Virus record (IMG/VR): IMGVR_UViG_3300049171_000092
Location: 21,279 to 85,278 of that record
DNA: 64,000 bases
From: a virus
Reading direction: 5' to 3' (one strand)
Under the pieces are notes generated by a model. It was given only the letters and a program-made list of their open reading frames with translations. It searched no databases and was not told the DNA's origin. Of this stretch, positions 48,734 through 55,845 are shown piece after piece. Both the position numbers and the translations under genes were made by a program. Numbering within the stretch: the stretch's first letter is position 1; every line of letters starts with the position of its first letter.

Positions 48734-50034
48734 TCGGGCTTCTCCCCTACCTTCCGAGCGGCCGTCTCGCGGCCGATCTGACGCCTAGCCCCTTCGCTAT
48801 ACGGCCGGGTGTCTCCTGCGCGACGGACGGGAGGCGTGCCGCCGTTGTTGCGGCGCCCGTCGGGCGCTTCGGGATCCCTCTTCTGGCGACGCTTGATTTG
48901 GGATTCGATCAGCGACAACGGTCCCTCTATGGGCAGCTCGGTGACCGTCTGCATGCGGGCCTGCGCGGCACGCGACTTGGCCTCGATTTCGGGGGTGATG
49001 CCGACCGTCTTGCAGCCCGTCACCCGGTACCAGGCTTCGGCCCAAATCTGCTCGGTCACGTACTGCGAGCCGCGCGCCGCGCGCATCGCGTCGGCGACCT
49101 CCCACACCTCGAAGTGGCTCGCCTTGCGGTCCTCGTCGCGGCGCCGCTGCTCCTCCTCCGCCCGGGCCTGCGCAGCGGCCTTCTCTCGGGCGGCCTTTTC
49201 CTCGGCAGCCTTCCGCTCCTCGCGTGCCTTGCGCTTCGCCGCCTCCTCCTCGCGGCGCTCCCGCTCGGCGGCGCGCCGCTCCCGGAAGGAGGGGATGCCG
49301 TCGGCTTTCTGAGCGATGCCGTGCTCGTAGGCCATGAGGACGATCGGCCCGCCGAGGGAGGCGATGGCGCCGATGAGGCCGGCGTTCAAGCCGATGGCGG
49401 GATCGGTGAGTCCGTGCCACAGGTTGATCCCGGCGGCGATAAGCGCGCCGGCCATGATGCCGATCCGGTACGGGAGAACGTCCCGCCGGTGGGCGACCGC
49501 CCAGGCGGCACCGCAGGCGAGGACCAGGGCGAGGCCTTCGAGGAGCGCCGGGGCGGCGATCATGAACGGGCGCTTCTCGTCCCAGAACGCGAGGAACTGC
49601 ACCGGCGCGGCGATGATCAGACCGACGAGGTAGATGCCGCGGGCGCCCCACTTCCACAGGTTCTCGCTGCGCTTCTGCTCGGCGGCCCGCTCGTCTTCGG
49701 CGGCCTTCTCCTCTGCGGCGGCCTGCTGAGCCTTCTCTTCCTCGGCCTTCGCCTTGGCGGTCTCCGCGCGCTTCTTCGCGAGGTGCGCCTGGTGATCGGC
49801 GCGCTCCTTCTCCAGCCGCATCGCCGCACGCTCGTTGGCGATGCGCAGCTTCTCAGCCTCCTCGGCGGCCTTGAGCTTCTCGGCTTCGGCCTCGGTCTCG
49901 GCCTTGATGCGGGCGGCGTCGGCCTTGGCGGCGGCTTCGGTCCGGATCGCCTCCGCCTTGGCCAGCGCGACAGCGTCGAAGCCGGGCTCGGCCATGGCGC
50001 GGCCGTTGACCTTCTCAATCGACGTGGCGGTCAC
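48730..50034 (-). CDS. coiled-coil plus multi-TM membrane protein (434 aa), DUF2637-like / Spd-like
   Basis: Ala/Glu/Lys-rich coiled regions flank 4-5 TM helices; tail GRRNNGGTPPVRRAGDTRPY. Confidence 0.6.
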   Translation of the reverse strand: MTATSIEKVNGRAMAEPGFDAVALAKAEAIRTEAAAKADAARIKAETEAEAEKLKAAEEAEKLRIANERAAMRLEKERADHQAHLAKKRAETAKAKAEEEKAQQAAAEEKAAEDERAAEQKRSENLWKWGARGIYLVGLIIAAPVQFLAFWDEKRPFMIAAPALLEGLALVLACGAAWAVAHRRDVLPYRIGIMAGALIAAGINLWHGLTDPAIGLNAGLIGAIASLGGPIVLMAYEHGIAQKADGIPSFRERRAAERERREEEAAKRKAREERKAAEEKAAREKAAAQARAEEEQRRRDEDRKASHFEVWEVADAMRAARGSQYVTEQIWAEAWYRVTGCKTVGITPEIEAKSRAAQARMQTVTELPIEGPLSLIESQIKRRQKRDPEAPDGRRNNGGTPPVRRAGDTRPYSEGARRQIGRETAARKVGEKPE

Positions 50035-50056
50035 GGTGGATCAGTCCCTTCGGTCT

Positions 50057-50245
50057 CTAGCTGGCGGTGACGCGGGCGCGTCGGTACAGGCGGGTGGATT
50101 CGCCCTGGCGGGCGGACGGTTGGGGGGTGAGGCCGTTGAAGTGGTTCTCGCCGGGGCTGGTCGGCTGCCAGGCGCGGGCGGGCTTGGGTCCGCGGCTGTC
50201 GTCGGTGCGGGCGGCCCCGCCTTCGGTCTCGTTGCGCCAGGCCAT
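50057..50245 (-). CDS. hypothetical 62-aa protein
   Basis: Internal ATG; TGATG overlap with the upstream stop. Confidence 0.4.
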   Translation of the reverse strand: MAWRNETEGGAARTDDSRGPKPARAWQPTSPGENHFNGLTPQPSARQGESTRLYRRARVTAS

Positions 50246-50445
50246 CAGGCGACCGCCTTCGCGGGTGCGGGCTTGTGCTTCAGCCAGCCGACGGCGGCGG
50301 CCAGCAGCAGGACGGGGCCGGGGATCGCGGCGAGGATCACGGCGGCGCCGGTCGCGGCGAGGGTGATCGGGGCGGCGGCGGCCGGCCACAGGCCGACGAG
50401 GACGAGGAACAGGGCCAGCAGCAGCCAGCGGACGGAACGGAGCAT
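50245..50445 (-). CDS. small membrane protein (66 aa, 2 TM)
   Basis: MLRSVRWLLLALFLVLVGLWPAAAAP.. hydrophobic. Confidence 0.5.
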   Translation of the reverse strand: MLRSVRWLLLALFLVLVGLWPAAAAPITLAATGAAVILAAIPGPVLLLAAAVGWLKHKPAPAKAVA

Positions 50446-50545
50446 GGCGACCTCTTCGGGGATCGGGACGGATGGGGGTGGTCTGGTTGGCGCCCCGGGC
50501 CGGATCCGATCCGGCAGCGTCACGCCGGGTCCGGGGCTGGGTGGG

Positions 50546-50719
50546 TCAGCTGAGGCGCTCGACCTTGACGTCGAGGTCCCGCGGGTCGTTCTTCGCTGCC
50601 TCCAGCCGCCGGTCGAGGTCGGCCTGGCTGTAGACGTTCACGCTGTCGGTCGAGGCGCCGGTGACCGTGTTGACCTTCTGGCCGGTGCGGCTGGTGGCAG
50701 TGAGGGCCCACTTCGGCAT
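50546..50719 (-). CDS. hypothetical 57-aa protein
   Basis: Internal ATG (MPKWALTATS..) of track ORF 50546..50884. Confidence 0.45.
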   Translation of the reverse strand: MPKWALTATSRTGQKVNTVTGASTDSVNVYSQADLDRRLEAAKNDPRDLDVKVERLS

Positions 50720-50802
50720 TGCGTTGTTCCTCTCGGTTGGGTTGGAAGCGCTGGCGCGGTTCCCCTCACCGCCGGTACTGGACCGGCGGATCGGGGAGCC
50801 GG

Positions 50803-50976
50803 TCAGCGGGCTTCGCGGACCTCGACCTGGTCGACGTCGTAGCCGTCCCTGCTGAGCGTTTCCTTCGTGCCGAGGCGCGCCCACGCCTCCGAGTCGGCGC
50901 TGATGGTGCCCTCGACCTGCTGCTTCTCGAAGGTCCAGCGGTTGGTGGCCTCGGCCTTGATGTGGAACTTCTTCAT
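50803..50976 (-). CDS. hypothetical 57-aa protein
   Basis: Internal ATG (MKKFHIKAEA..) with an AAGAAAGG SD region. Confidence 0.45.
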   Translation of the reverse strand: MKKFHIKAEATNRWTFEKQQVEGTISADSEAWARLGTKETLSRDGYDVDQVEVREAR

Positions 50977-51113
50977 GGGACTGCCTTTCTTCTGGGTGGT
51001 CGGTTGGTGGTGGTGCGTGCCCCGGGCCCGAGTCGATCCGGCGCCCTCACGGCTGGATGCCGGGGCTGGTGCCGGGCGGCGGCGGGGGTGTCCGCCGCCC
51101 GGCGGTCGGTGGG

Positions 51114-51338
51114 TTAGGCGGCGGCCGGGTAGTGGAGGTGCAGCTCGGTGCAGCTGGTCACCCAGTCCAGGTGGATCGGGCACGTGGTCCGCTGGTCGAG
51201 CGGCACCGCGTACACGGCCTCCCGGTGCAGCGCCCGGTCGAGGGCGTCACCGAACAGGTCGGCGATCGTCGTCGTGGAGCGGACGCGCTGGCCCCGGTCG
51301 GTGCGGGCGAGGTCGGCGTTGGAGATGTACGGAGACAT
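51114..51338 (-). CDS. hypothetical 74-aa protein
   Basis: Track ORF. Confidence 0.45.
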   Translation of the reverse strand: MSPYISNADLARTDRGQRVRSTTTIADLFGDALDRALHREAVYAVPLDQRTTCPIHLDWVTSCTELHLHYPAAA

Positions 51339-51385
51339 GGGTGGTCAGCCCTTTCAGGTCAGTGGGATGGGGCGGGGTGGGGTGG

Positions 51386-51691
51386 TCAGGCGGTGGGGCG
51401 GAGCAAGGCGCGGCACTTCTCCGCGTGGGACTGGGCCCAGTAGCGGGCGTCGTCGCAGAGGCTGCTGGTGAAGAAGTCGTCGCCGAGCGTGTTGGCGTCC
51501 ATCCCGAGGTGCGTGTAGACGTCCTTCTGCCTGCATCCCTGGCAGTAGGCGGTGATCGTGATGTCGGTGATCGTGCCGACGCTGGTCTGGCGGTCGATGC
51601 CGATGGCCTTGATGTCGGCGGTGGCGCCCACGATGGTCAGGTAGCGGGCGATGACACCCTCGGGCCAGACGGCCTGGGTGGAAGAAGGCAT
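51386..51691 (-). CDS. hypothetical 101-aa protein
   Basis: Internal ATG (MPSSTQAVWPEG..) of track ORF 51386..51739. Confidence 0.5.
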   Translation of the reverse strand: MPSSTQAVWPEGVIARYLTIVGATADIKAIGIDRQTSVGTITDITITAYCQGCRQKDVYTHLGMDANTLGDDFFTSSLCDDARYWAQSHAEKCRALLRPTA

Positions 51692-51800
51692 GGCTGATCT
51701 CCTCGGTTGGTCATGCCGGGATGGGATGGGGTGGCGCAATGGTGGGAAGCCGCGGGTGGCGGGACGGGGGCGGACACGCCACCCGCGGCGGTCAGGTGGT

Positions 51801-51941
51801 TTAGCGGGACTGCTGGGCGGCGGCCAGTCGGGCGGCCTCGGCAGCGGCAGCGGCTTCGGCGGCCTGCTTCGCCGCCTCCATGTGCTGGCGGGCCTGCTCG
51901 GCGAGCGCCTTCGCGGCGGCGCCCTGCTCGGCGGGACTCAT
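51801..51941 (-). CDS. 46-aa Ala-rich helical protein
   Basis: ATGA overlap with the upstream stop. Confidence 0.35.
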   Translation of the reverse strand: MSPAEQGAAAKALAEQARQHMEAAKQAAEAAAAAEAARLAAAQQSR

Positions 51942-52150
51942 GACGCCTCCCCGACGAGGTGCAGGTGCGGGGTGGCCGGCTCGGGTCGGCCGGTGGTGAC
52001 GGGCACGAACCGGTGTCCGAGCCGGGTGCGGGTGACGGGGTCGATCGCCACCAGCTCCACGTAGGGCGACTCGCCATCCCAGCCGGGCCACCCGGCGAGA
52101 ACCTCGTCGGCCAGCGTCTGCAGCGGCTCCAGCCGCTCCCGCTCGGTCAC
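51938..52150 (-). CDS. hypothetical 70-aa protein
   Basis: Track ORF; GTGA overlap upstream. Confidence 0.45.
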   Translation of the reverse strand: MTERERLEPLQTLADEVLAGWPGWDGESPYVELVAIDPVTRTRLGHRFVPVTTGRPEPATPHLHLVGEAS

Positions 52151-52323
52151 GACTCACGCTCCGGCAGGTAGGCGCCGTTGTCACGGTGGGCGTAGGCAGC
52201 GATGGCGCCCGGTTCGTAGGGCTGGCGGACGATGGCCATCAGGTCGTCCGGCCACCAGCCGAGGAAAACCTCGTCGACCGCGGCTTCCAGTTCCGGGCTG
52301 GGCTCGGGAACCTGCACGGTCAC
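52147..52323 (-). CDS. hypothetical 58-aa protein, weak paralog of 51938..52150
   Basis: GTGA overlaps at both ends; ..AVDEVFLGWWPDD.. compares with ..LADEVLAGWPGWDG.. Confidence 0.35.
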   Translation of the reverse strand: MTVQVPEPSPELEAAVDEVFLGWWPDDLMAIVRQPYEPGAIAAYAHRDNGAYLPERES

Positions 52324-52442
52324 CACCCCCGGACCTTCAGCGCGCGGCGGCGGGCGGTGGTCTCGCGGGGCAGCGGCGGCAGGTCCGGCGTCGGCTCCGG
52401 CCGGCGAACGTCCCGCGTCGGCATCTCGTCGGCGGCGCTCAC
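52320..52442 (-). CDS. hypothetical 40-aa protein
   Basis: GTGA overlaps at both ends. Confidence 0.3.
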   Translation of the reverse strand: MSAADEMPTRDVRRPEPTPDLPPLPRETTARRRALKVRGW

Positions 52443-52678
52443 CAGTCCTCCCCCGGGATGCGGCCCTCGCGGAACGCCTGGGCTTCCTCGCGGTACTCCG
52501 CCGCGTGGCGCAGAGCGATCGGCACGGTGGCCGCGGCCTGCTTGCGGGTGGTGTCGGAGAGGGTGGGGTCGTTGGCGGCAGCCTTGGCGGATTCGGCGTT
52601 CCGCTCGGAGCGGGCGGCGCACTTCTCGCGGTCGACGGCGAGCTCGTTCATCTCGCGGCGTGACATGCGGGCCATCAC
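52439..52678 (-). CDS. hypothetical 79-aa protein
   Basis: Track ORF; 4-nt overlap upstream. Confidence 0.45.
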   Translation of the reverse strand: MMARMSRREMNELAVDREKCAARSERNAESAKAAANDPTLSDTTRKQAAATVPIALRHAAEYREEAQAFREGRIPGEDW

Positions 52679-52947
52679 GCACCGCCGATCAGGTCGAGGC
52701 GGCCGGCGTCGGCGAGCTGGGCGCGGGCGGCGTCCTTCATGGCCTCGGCGGCGGCCAGGCTGTCGGCGTCGAGGTCCGTGAGCCGGCCAGCCTCGGCGAG
52801 CGCCGCCAGCTGCACCGCGTGCTCGGCCGCCGTCTCGTACTGGGCGACCGCACGAATCAGCGGGAACTCGGACTGCAGACGAGCCAGCATCTCGGCCGCG
52901 GCCGGCGGCAGCGGGGCGGTCAGGACGGGGGTGGGGGTGGACATCAC
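52675..52947 (-). CDS. hypothetical 90-aa protein
   Basis: Track ORF; 4-nt overlaps. Confidence 0.45.
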   Translation of the reverse strand: MMSTPTPVLTAPLPPAAAEMLARLQSEFPLIRAVAQYETAAEHAVQLAALAEAGRLTDLDADSLAAAEAMKDAARAQLADAGRLDLIGGA

Positions 52948-53195
52948 GCGGCCTCCTCGGCAGCGGTGGGGGTAATCAGCGAACCGTTCAGGTAGGCCTC
53001 GACGGCCGACTCCGGGATACGGACACCGCGCGGACGGACCTTGCCGCCTCCGTTGCGGTGGGCGGTGAGTCGGCCAGAGGAGATGAGGTTGTAGACGGTG
53101 GAACGGGAGACGCGGAGGCGGCGGGCGACCTCCATTGCGTTCAGGAACTTCGGGACGTCGGCCACGTTGTCCGCGGCCGGGGCTTCGTGGCTCAA
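52944..53195 (-). CDS. excisionase-type (MerR-like HTH_17) DNA-binding protein, first gene of the leftward operon
   Basis: ..MEVARRLRVSRSTVYNLISSGRLTAHR..VRIPESAVEAYL... I preferred the TTG at 53195 with a GGGAG SD. The track ORF extends to 53240 and would overlap the operator. ATG 53135 is also possible. Confidence 0.6.
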   Translation of the reverse strand: MSHEAPAADNVADVPKFLNAMEVARRLRVSRSTVYNLISSGRLTAHRNGGGKVRPRGVRIPESAVEAYLNGSLITPTAAEEAA

Positions 53196-53237
53196 GGCTG
53201 CTCCCGGGTCGTTTGGGCAGGTGTGGGAAACCACCTC

Positions 53238-53292
53238 CACTTAGACGTGTAGGTGGCGTGTTCCAAGAGTGCTCCCACTTAGACGTCTAAGT
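53238..53292. promoter_or_regulatory. operators: half-palindromic CACTTAGACGTGTAGG and a perfect 16-bp palindrome ACTTAGACGTCTAAGT
   Basis: Same core as the 18-bp palindrome at 54172-54189; located just upstream of the Xis-type gene. Confidence 0.65.
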
Positions 53293-53321
53293 CAAGCGCT
53301 GCGAGTTACACACTGCCCAGG

Positions 53322-53356
53322 GACACAAAAAGGCCCCCACCGAAGGGCGGGGGCCT
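53322..53356 (-). terminator. rho-independent terminator of the GntR gene
   Basis: AGGCCCCCACC gaag GGCGGGGGCCT hairpin, followed on the minus strand by TTTTTGTGT. Confidence 0.7.
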
Positions 53357-53372
53357 AAGAGGAGCGTTGCCG

Positions 53373-54119
53373 TTATGCGTCGATCACGTAGTCCAGGATG
53401 TAGCTGCCGCCGTCCAAGCTCATCTCATTGACCTCCACGGCACGCCCGCTCTCTTCGAAAGCCGTGCGAACCACGCAGGCGACGGGCGTACCAGGACCCA
53501 GCTTCATGACGGCCAGCTCTCTCGAGTTGGGCATGCGCACGCGGACCTCCTCCTTGAAGCGAACCGGCCCATGCCCGGCCTCTTCCAAGCGCCTGTAGAT
53601 GCCCCCCTCGCCCGTGTCCTGCTCCATGATCTGCGTACCCTCGGCCAGGTCGAGAGGGATGTACGAGTCCGACATCAGCACCGGTCGACCATCCAGCACG
53701 TAGTGCCGACGGCGGCGAAGCACGGCCTGACCTCGCGGAATACCCAGCGCTTCCGCTACCCGTGCAGACGCCTCGAAGGTGTCGATCTCAAGCCCCTCCA
53801 CCTTCGGCTTAGCGTTGCGCACATCGATCGACCACATCGAAGTGCCAGCCCCCCAGACCTCACGCGACAGTCGATCATTGGCCAAACGCCGAATGGGCTT
53901 GAAGTCGCGGACTATGGCCTGCTTGCCCTGCCCTCCAACTGTGAGCCCTTGGTCTCGGAGGAGGCGCAGCGCCTTCGTGACAGTCTCACGGCCGGCCTTG
54001 AACTCCGCCATCACCTCGGACTCGCTGGGGATCGGGTCACCCGGTCGGTACTGGCCTCGCTCGATGCGAGCACGTAGCTCCTCAGCGATCTCCTTGTAGC
54101 CCATCTTGATCCCAGCCAA
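53373..54119 (-). CDS. GntR-family (HutC/UTRA-type) transcriptional repressor, Kor-like
   Basis: N-terminal wHTH ..YKEIAEELRARIERGQYRPGDPIPSESEVMAEFKAGRETVTKALRLLRDQGL.. and a C-terminal UTRA-like domain of about 160 aa; TTG start. Confidence 0.8.
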   Translation of the reverse strand: MAGIKMGYKEIAEELRARIERGQYRPGDPIPSESEVMAEFKAGRETVTKALRLLRDQGLTVGGQGKQAIVRDFKPIRRLANDRLSREVWGAGTSMWSIDVRNAKPKVEGLEIDTFEASARVAEALGIPRGQAVLRRRRHYVLDGRPVLMSDSYIPLDLAEGTQIMEQDTGEGGIYRRLEEAGHGPVRFKEEVRVRMPNSRELAVMKLGPGTPVACVVRTAFEESGRAVEVNEMSLDGGSYILDYVIDA

Positions 54120-54171
54120 GTCCGTCCCTCCACGAGTTCGGCTCCGGCGAACGACTTCTGTCGACCCGCTT

Positions 54172-54189
54172 GACTTAGACGTCTAAGTC
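54172..54189. promoter_or_regulatory. perfect 18-bp palindromic operator GACTTAGACGTCTAAGTC
   Basis: Lies 53 nt upstream of the GntR start, in the divergent intergenic region. Confidence 0.7.
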
Positions 54190-54304
54190 GCCGAATGTTG
54201 TCCAGTAGTTCCACGAGTACGCAACGCCACGGCCTGCGGCTACACAAGCCTCTCCTTGCCGCCAGGCCATGCCAACGTGCCCACGCGTCAACTGTACGCA
54301 TCGC

Positions 54305-54316
54305 TTCCACGTGGAA
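54305..54316. promoter_or_regulatory. perfect 12-bp palindrome TTCCACGTGGAA upstream of the GIY-YIG-GntR gene
   Basis: Lies 24 nt before the ATG at 54340; a GTTCCACG half-site is also at about 54209. Confidence 0.4.
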
Positions 54317-54339
54317 CGCCAGCAAGGCGAAGGGACATC

Positions 54340-54933
54340 ATGCCTGACCTCATCCAGCGAACAGCTCTATACCGCTTCTTCGACGCGAAGGGGAACTTGC
54401 TCTACGTCGGGATCGCCAAGGACCCGAAGCGGCGCTGGCGCCAGCACGCCATAGACAGCTCTGACACCTGGTGGCCGGACGTCCACCGGAAGGAAGTCGA
54501 GTGGCACGAGAATCGCGCGGAGGCCGAGGAGGCGGAAAAGCGGGCGATTCGCACTGAAGGACCCTCGTACAACACCGCGCACACGGCGACCGGCATCGAG
54601 AGACGGCCGGGATGGGTGAAGCCAGCACCAGCGCCTTCAGCTCGGGCTGAAGCCGCGCGCCACTCTCAGCAACAGCGCGGAATTTCGTTCAGCATGCAGA
54701 GTCGGAGCGCCAAGATGTCGATGCCTGATCTGGTGGCGCAGACGCTCCGCGACGAGATCAGTGCGGGCCAGTACACGCCCGACGTCCGTCTCCCTAGGGT
54801 CGCCGATCTCGCCAAAAGGTTCGGGATCAGTCGACCGACTGCGTCACTCGGCCTCCAGATCCTCAAGGATGAAGGAATCCTCGAGAGCCGCCCCGGTGTC
54901 GGGACCTTCGTCATCCGCGCTCCAGCTCGGTGA
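54340..54933 (+). CDS. GIY-YIG nuclease-like domain fused to a GntR-type winged HTH (197 aa)
   Basis: N-terminus ..LYRFFDAKGNLLYVGIAKDPKRRWRQH..EAEKRAIRTEGPSYN. C-terminus ..LRDEISAGQYTPDVRLPRVADLAKRFGISRPTASLGLQILKDEGILESRPGVGTFV. Confidence 0.7.
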   Translation: MPDLIQRTALYRFFDAKGNLLYVGIAKDPKRRWRQHAIDSSDTWWPDVHRKEVEWHENRAEAEEAEKRAIRTEGPSYNTAHTATGIERRPGWVKPAPAPSARAEAARHSQQQRGISFSMQSRSAKMSMPDLVAQTLRDEISAGQYTPDVRLPRVADLAKRFGISRPTASLGLQILKDEGILESRPGVGTFVIRAPAR

Positions 54934-55251
54934 CGCGGCCGGCGCATGCCGGTTGGCCTGTCTGTTTCGTGTTTGATTTGCGGCCTATTGTTCGCTTGCA
55001 TGGGTGATCGACCGAGCGAGCGGGGGGGCGCGGTCAACGCTCGGCCAGTGGGTCGGCGTGTTCCGGCCATTCCAAAATCGTCGTTCTCGGTTTCGTTGAA
55101 TCGGGGTGAAGTGCGCATTGTTGAAAATCCGCGCAGGTCGCCTCGGCTGGCATGCTCACGAAAGTGAGAATATGTCACTCCGCCGCAGGTCAGGGGCCTA
55201 CTGGATCCGTCCGGGCCCCGCGTGAGTGGCAGTAGGTTCGTCACGTCGCGC

Positions 55252-55341
55252 CCAGGACGGTCATCACCCGTCCTGGAACGCGAACGGCCGGGCGGTCATC
55301 ACCCGCCCGGCCAGCGCGACCAGCGAGTCATCACCTCGCTG
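55252..55341. other. three tandem stem-loops with an identical 7-nt loop TCATCAC and unrelated stems
   Basis: H1 55252-55276 (9-bp stem), H2 55286-55312 (10-bp stem), H3 55321-55341 (7-bp stem). They lie at the end of a 450-bp low-GC non-coding region. Confidence 0.7.
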
Positions 55342-55380
55342 ATCAGTCAACCCATCACTCGCTAGAGAGAAGGTCTCGCC

Positions 55381-55845
55381 GTGAGCGTAACGCACTCCGC
55401 CGTTGCAACGTCAGGTTGCTATGGCAGTGGGTCGTCGCCCGCTATTCCGTTGGGGCATCGTCTGGTGCCGGCGTCGATCGGTCGTCCGGGTCGTGTGCAG
55501 ACGGTCTACGTGCCGTGCCCCAGCTGGTGCCACGTCGACCATGTCGAGAACCGTGAGGTCGCCGTGGAAGACATCACGCACTACGGGCCGGGCGGTGGTG
55601 TGCAGGTGCCGGACATGAGTGATGACTCGACGGCTGTCCTGGAGTGGTACGTGAACATCATTGCGGATCCGGCGGCGTCGGACCCGCGGTTGCGGGTCGC
55701 TCATCTGGTCGTCGCGGACGGTGCCGGCGCGAATGACGCGCACCTATCGGAGGTGCAGGCGGAGGAGTTGGCGGGCGACCTGGAGCGTCTGGCGTCGGAC
55801 ATCCGGCGGGCGCTGGTGGTCTGCCGGGCAACCAACGCCGCGTAG
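55381..55845 (+). CDS. 154-aa protein with a CPSWC..H motif, of a type common on actinobacterial mobile elements
   Basis: Track ORF; GTG start. Confidence 0.55.
   Translation: MSVTHSAVATSGCYGSGSSPAIPLGHRLVPASIGRPGRVQTVYVPCPSWCHVDHVENREVAVEDITHYGPGGGVQVPDMSDDSTAVLEWYVNIIADPAASDPRLRVAHLVVADGAGANDAHLSEVQAEELAGDLERLASDIRRALVVCRATNAA

Noticed and set aside
52944-53240. The Xis-type HTH gene as evidence of an integration/excision module
   Set aside because: No integrase gene or att-like repeats accompany it in the window. HTH_17/MerR-like proteins also act as plain regulators, so I annotated only the fold.
54946-55167. 73-aa plus-strand ORF in the 450-bp intergenic region
   Set aside because: Its third-position GC content is far below that of the surrounding genes, it has no SD, and the region is full of hairpins. 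It is more likely non-coding.
55261-55334. Three chained mini-ORFs on the minus strand of the triple hairpin (MTRWSRWPGG, MTARPFAFQDG, MTVLGAT), each linked by TGATGA, and a C-box (RUGAUGA) resemblance of the loop complement
   Set aside because: The frames do line up, but the SD-like GGTG abuts the ATG with no spacing, the peptides are not meaningful, and C/D-box RNPs are not bacterial. I kept this only as a curiosity under the hairpin finding.
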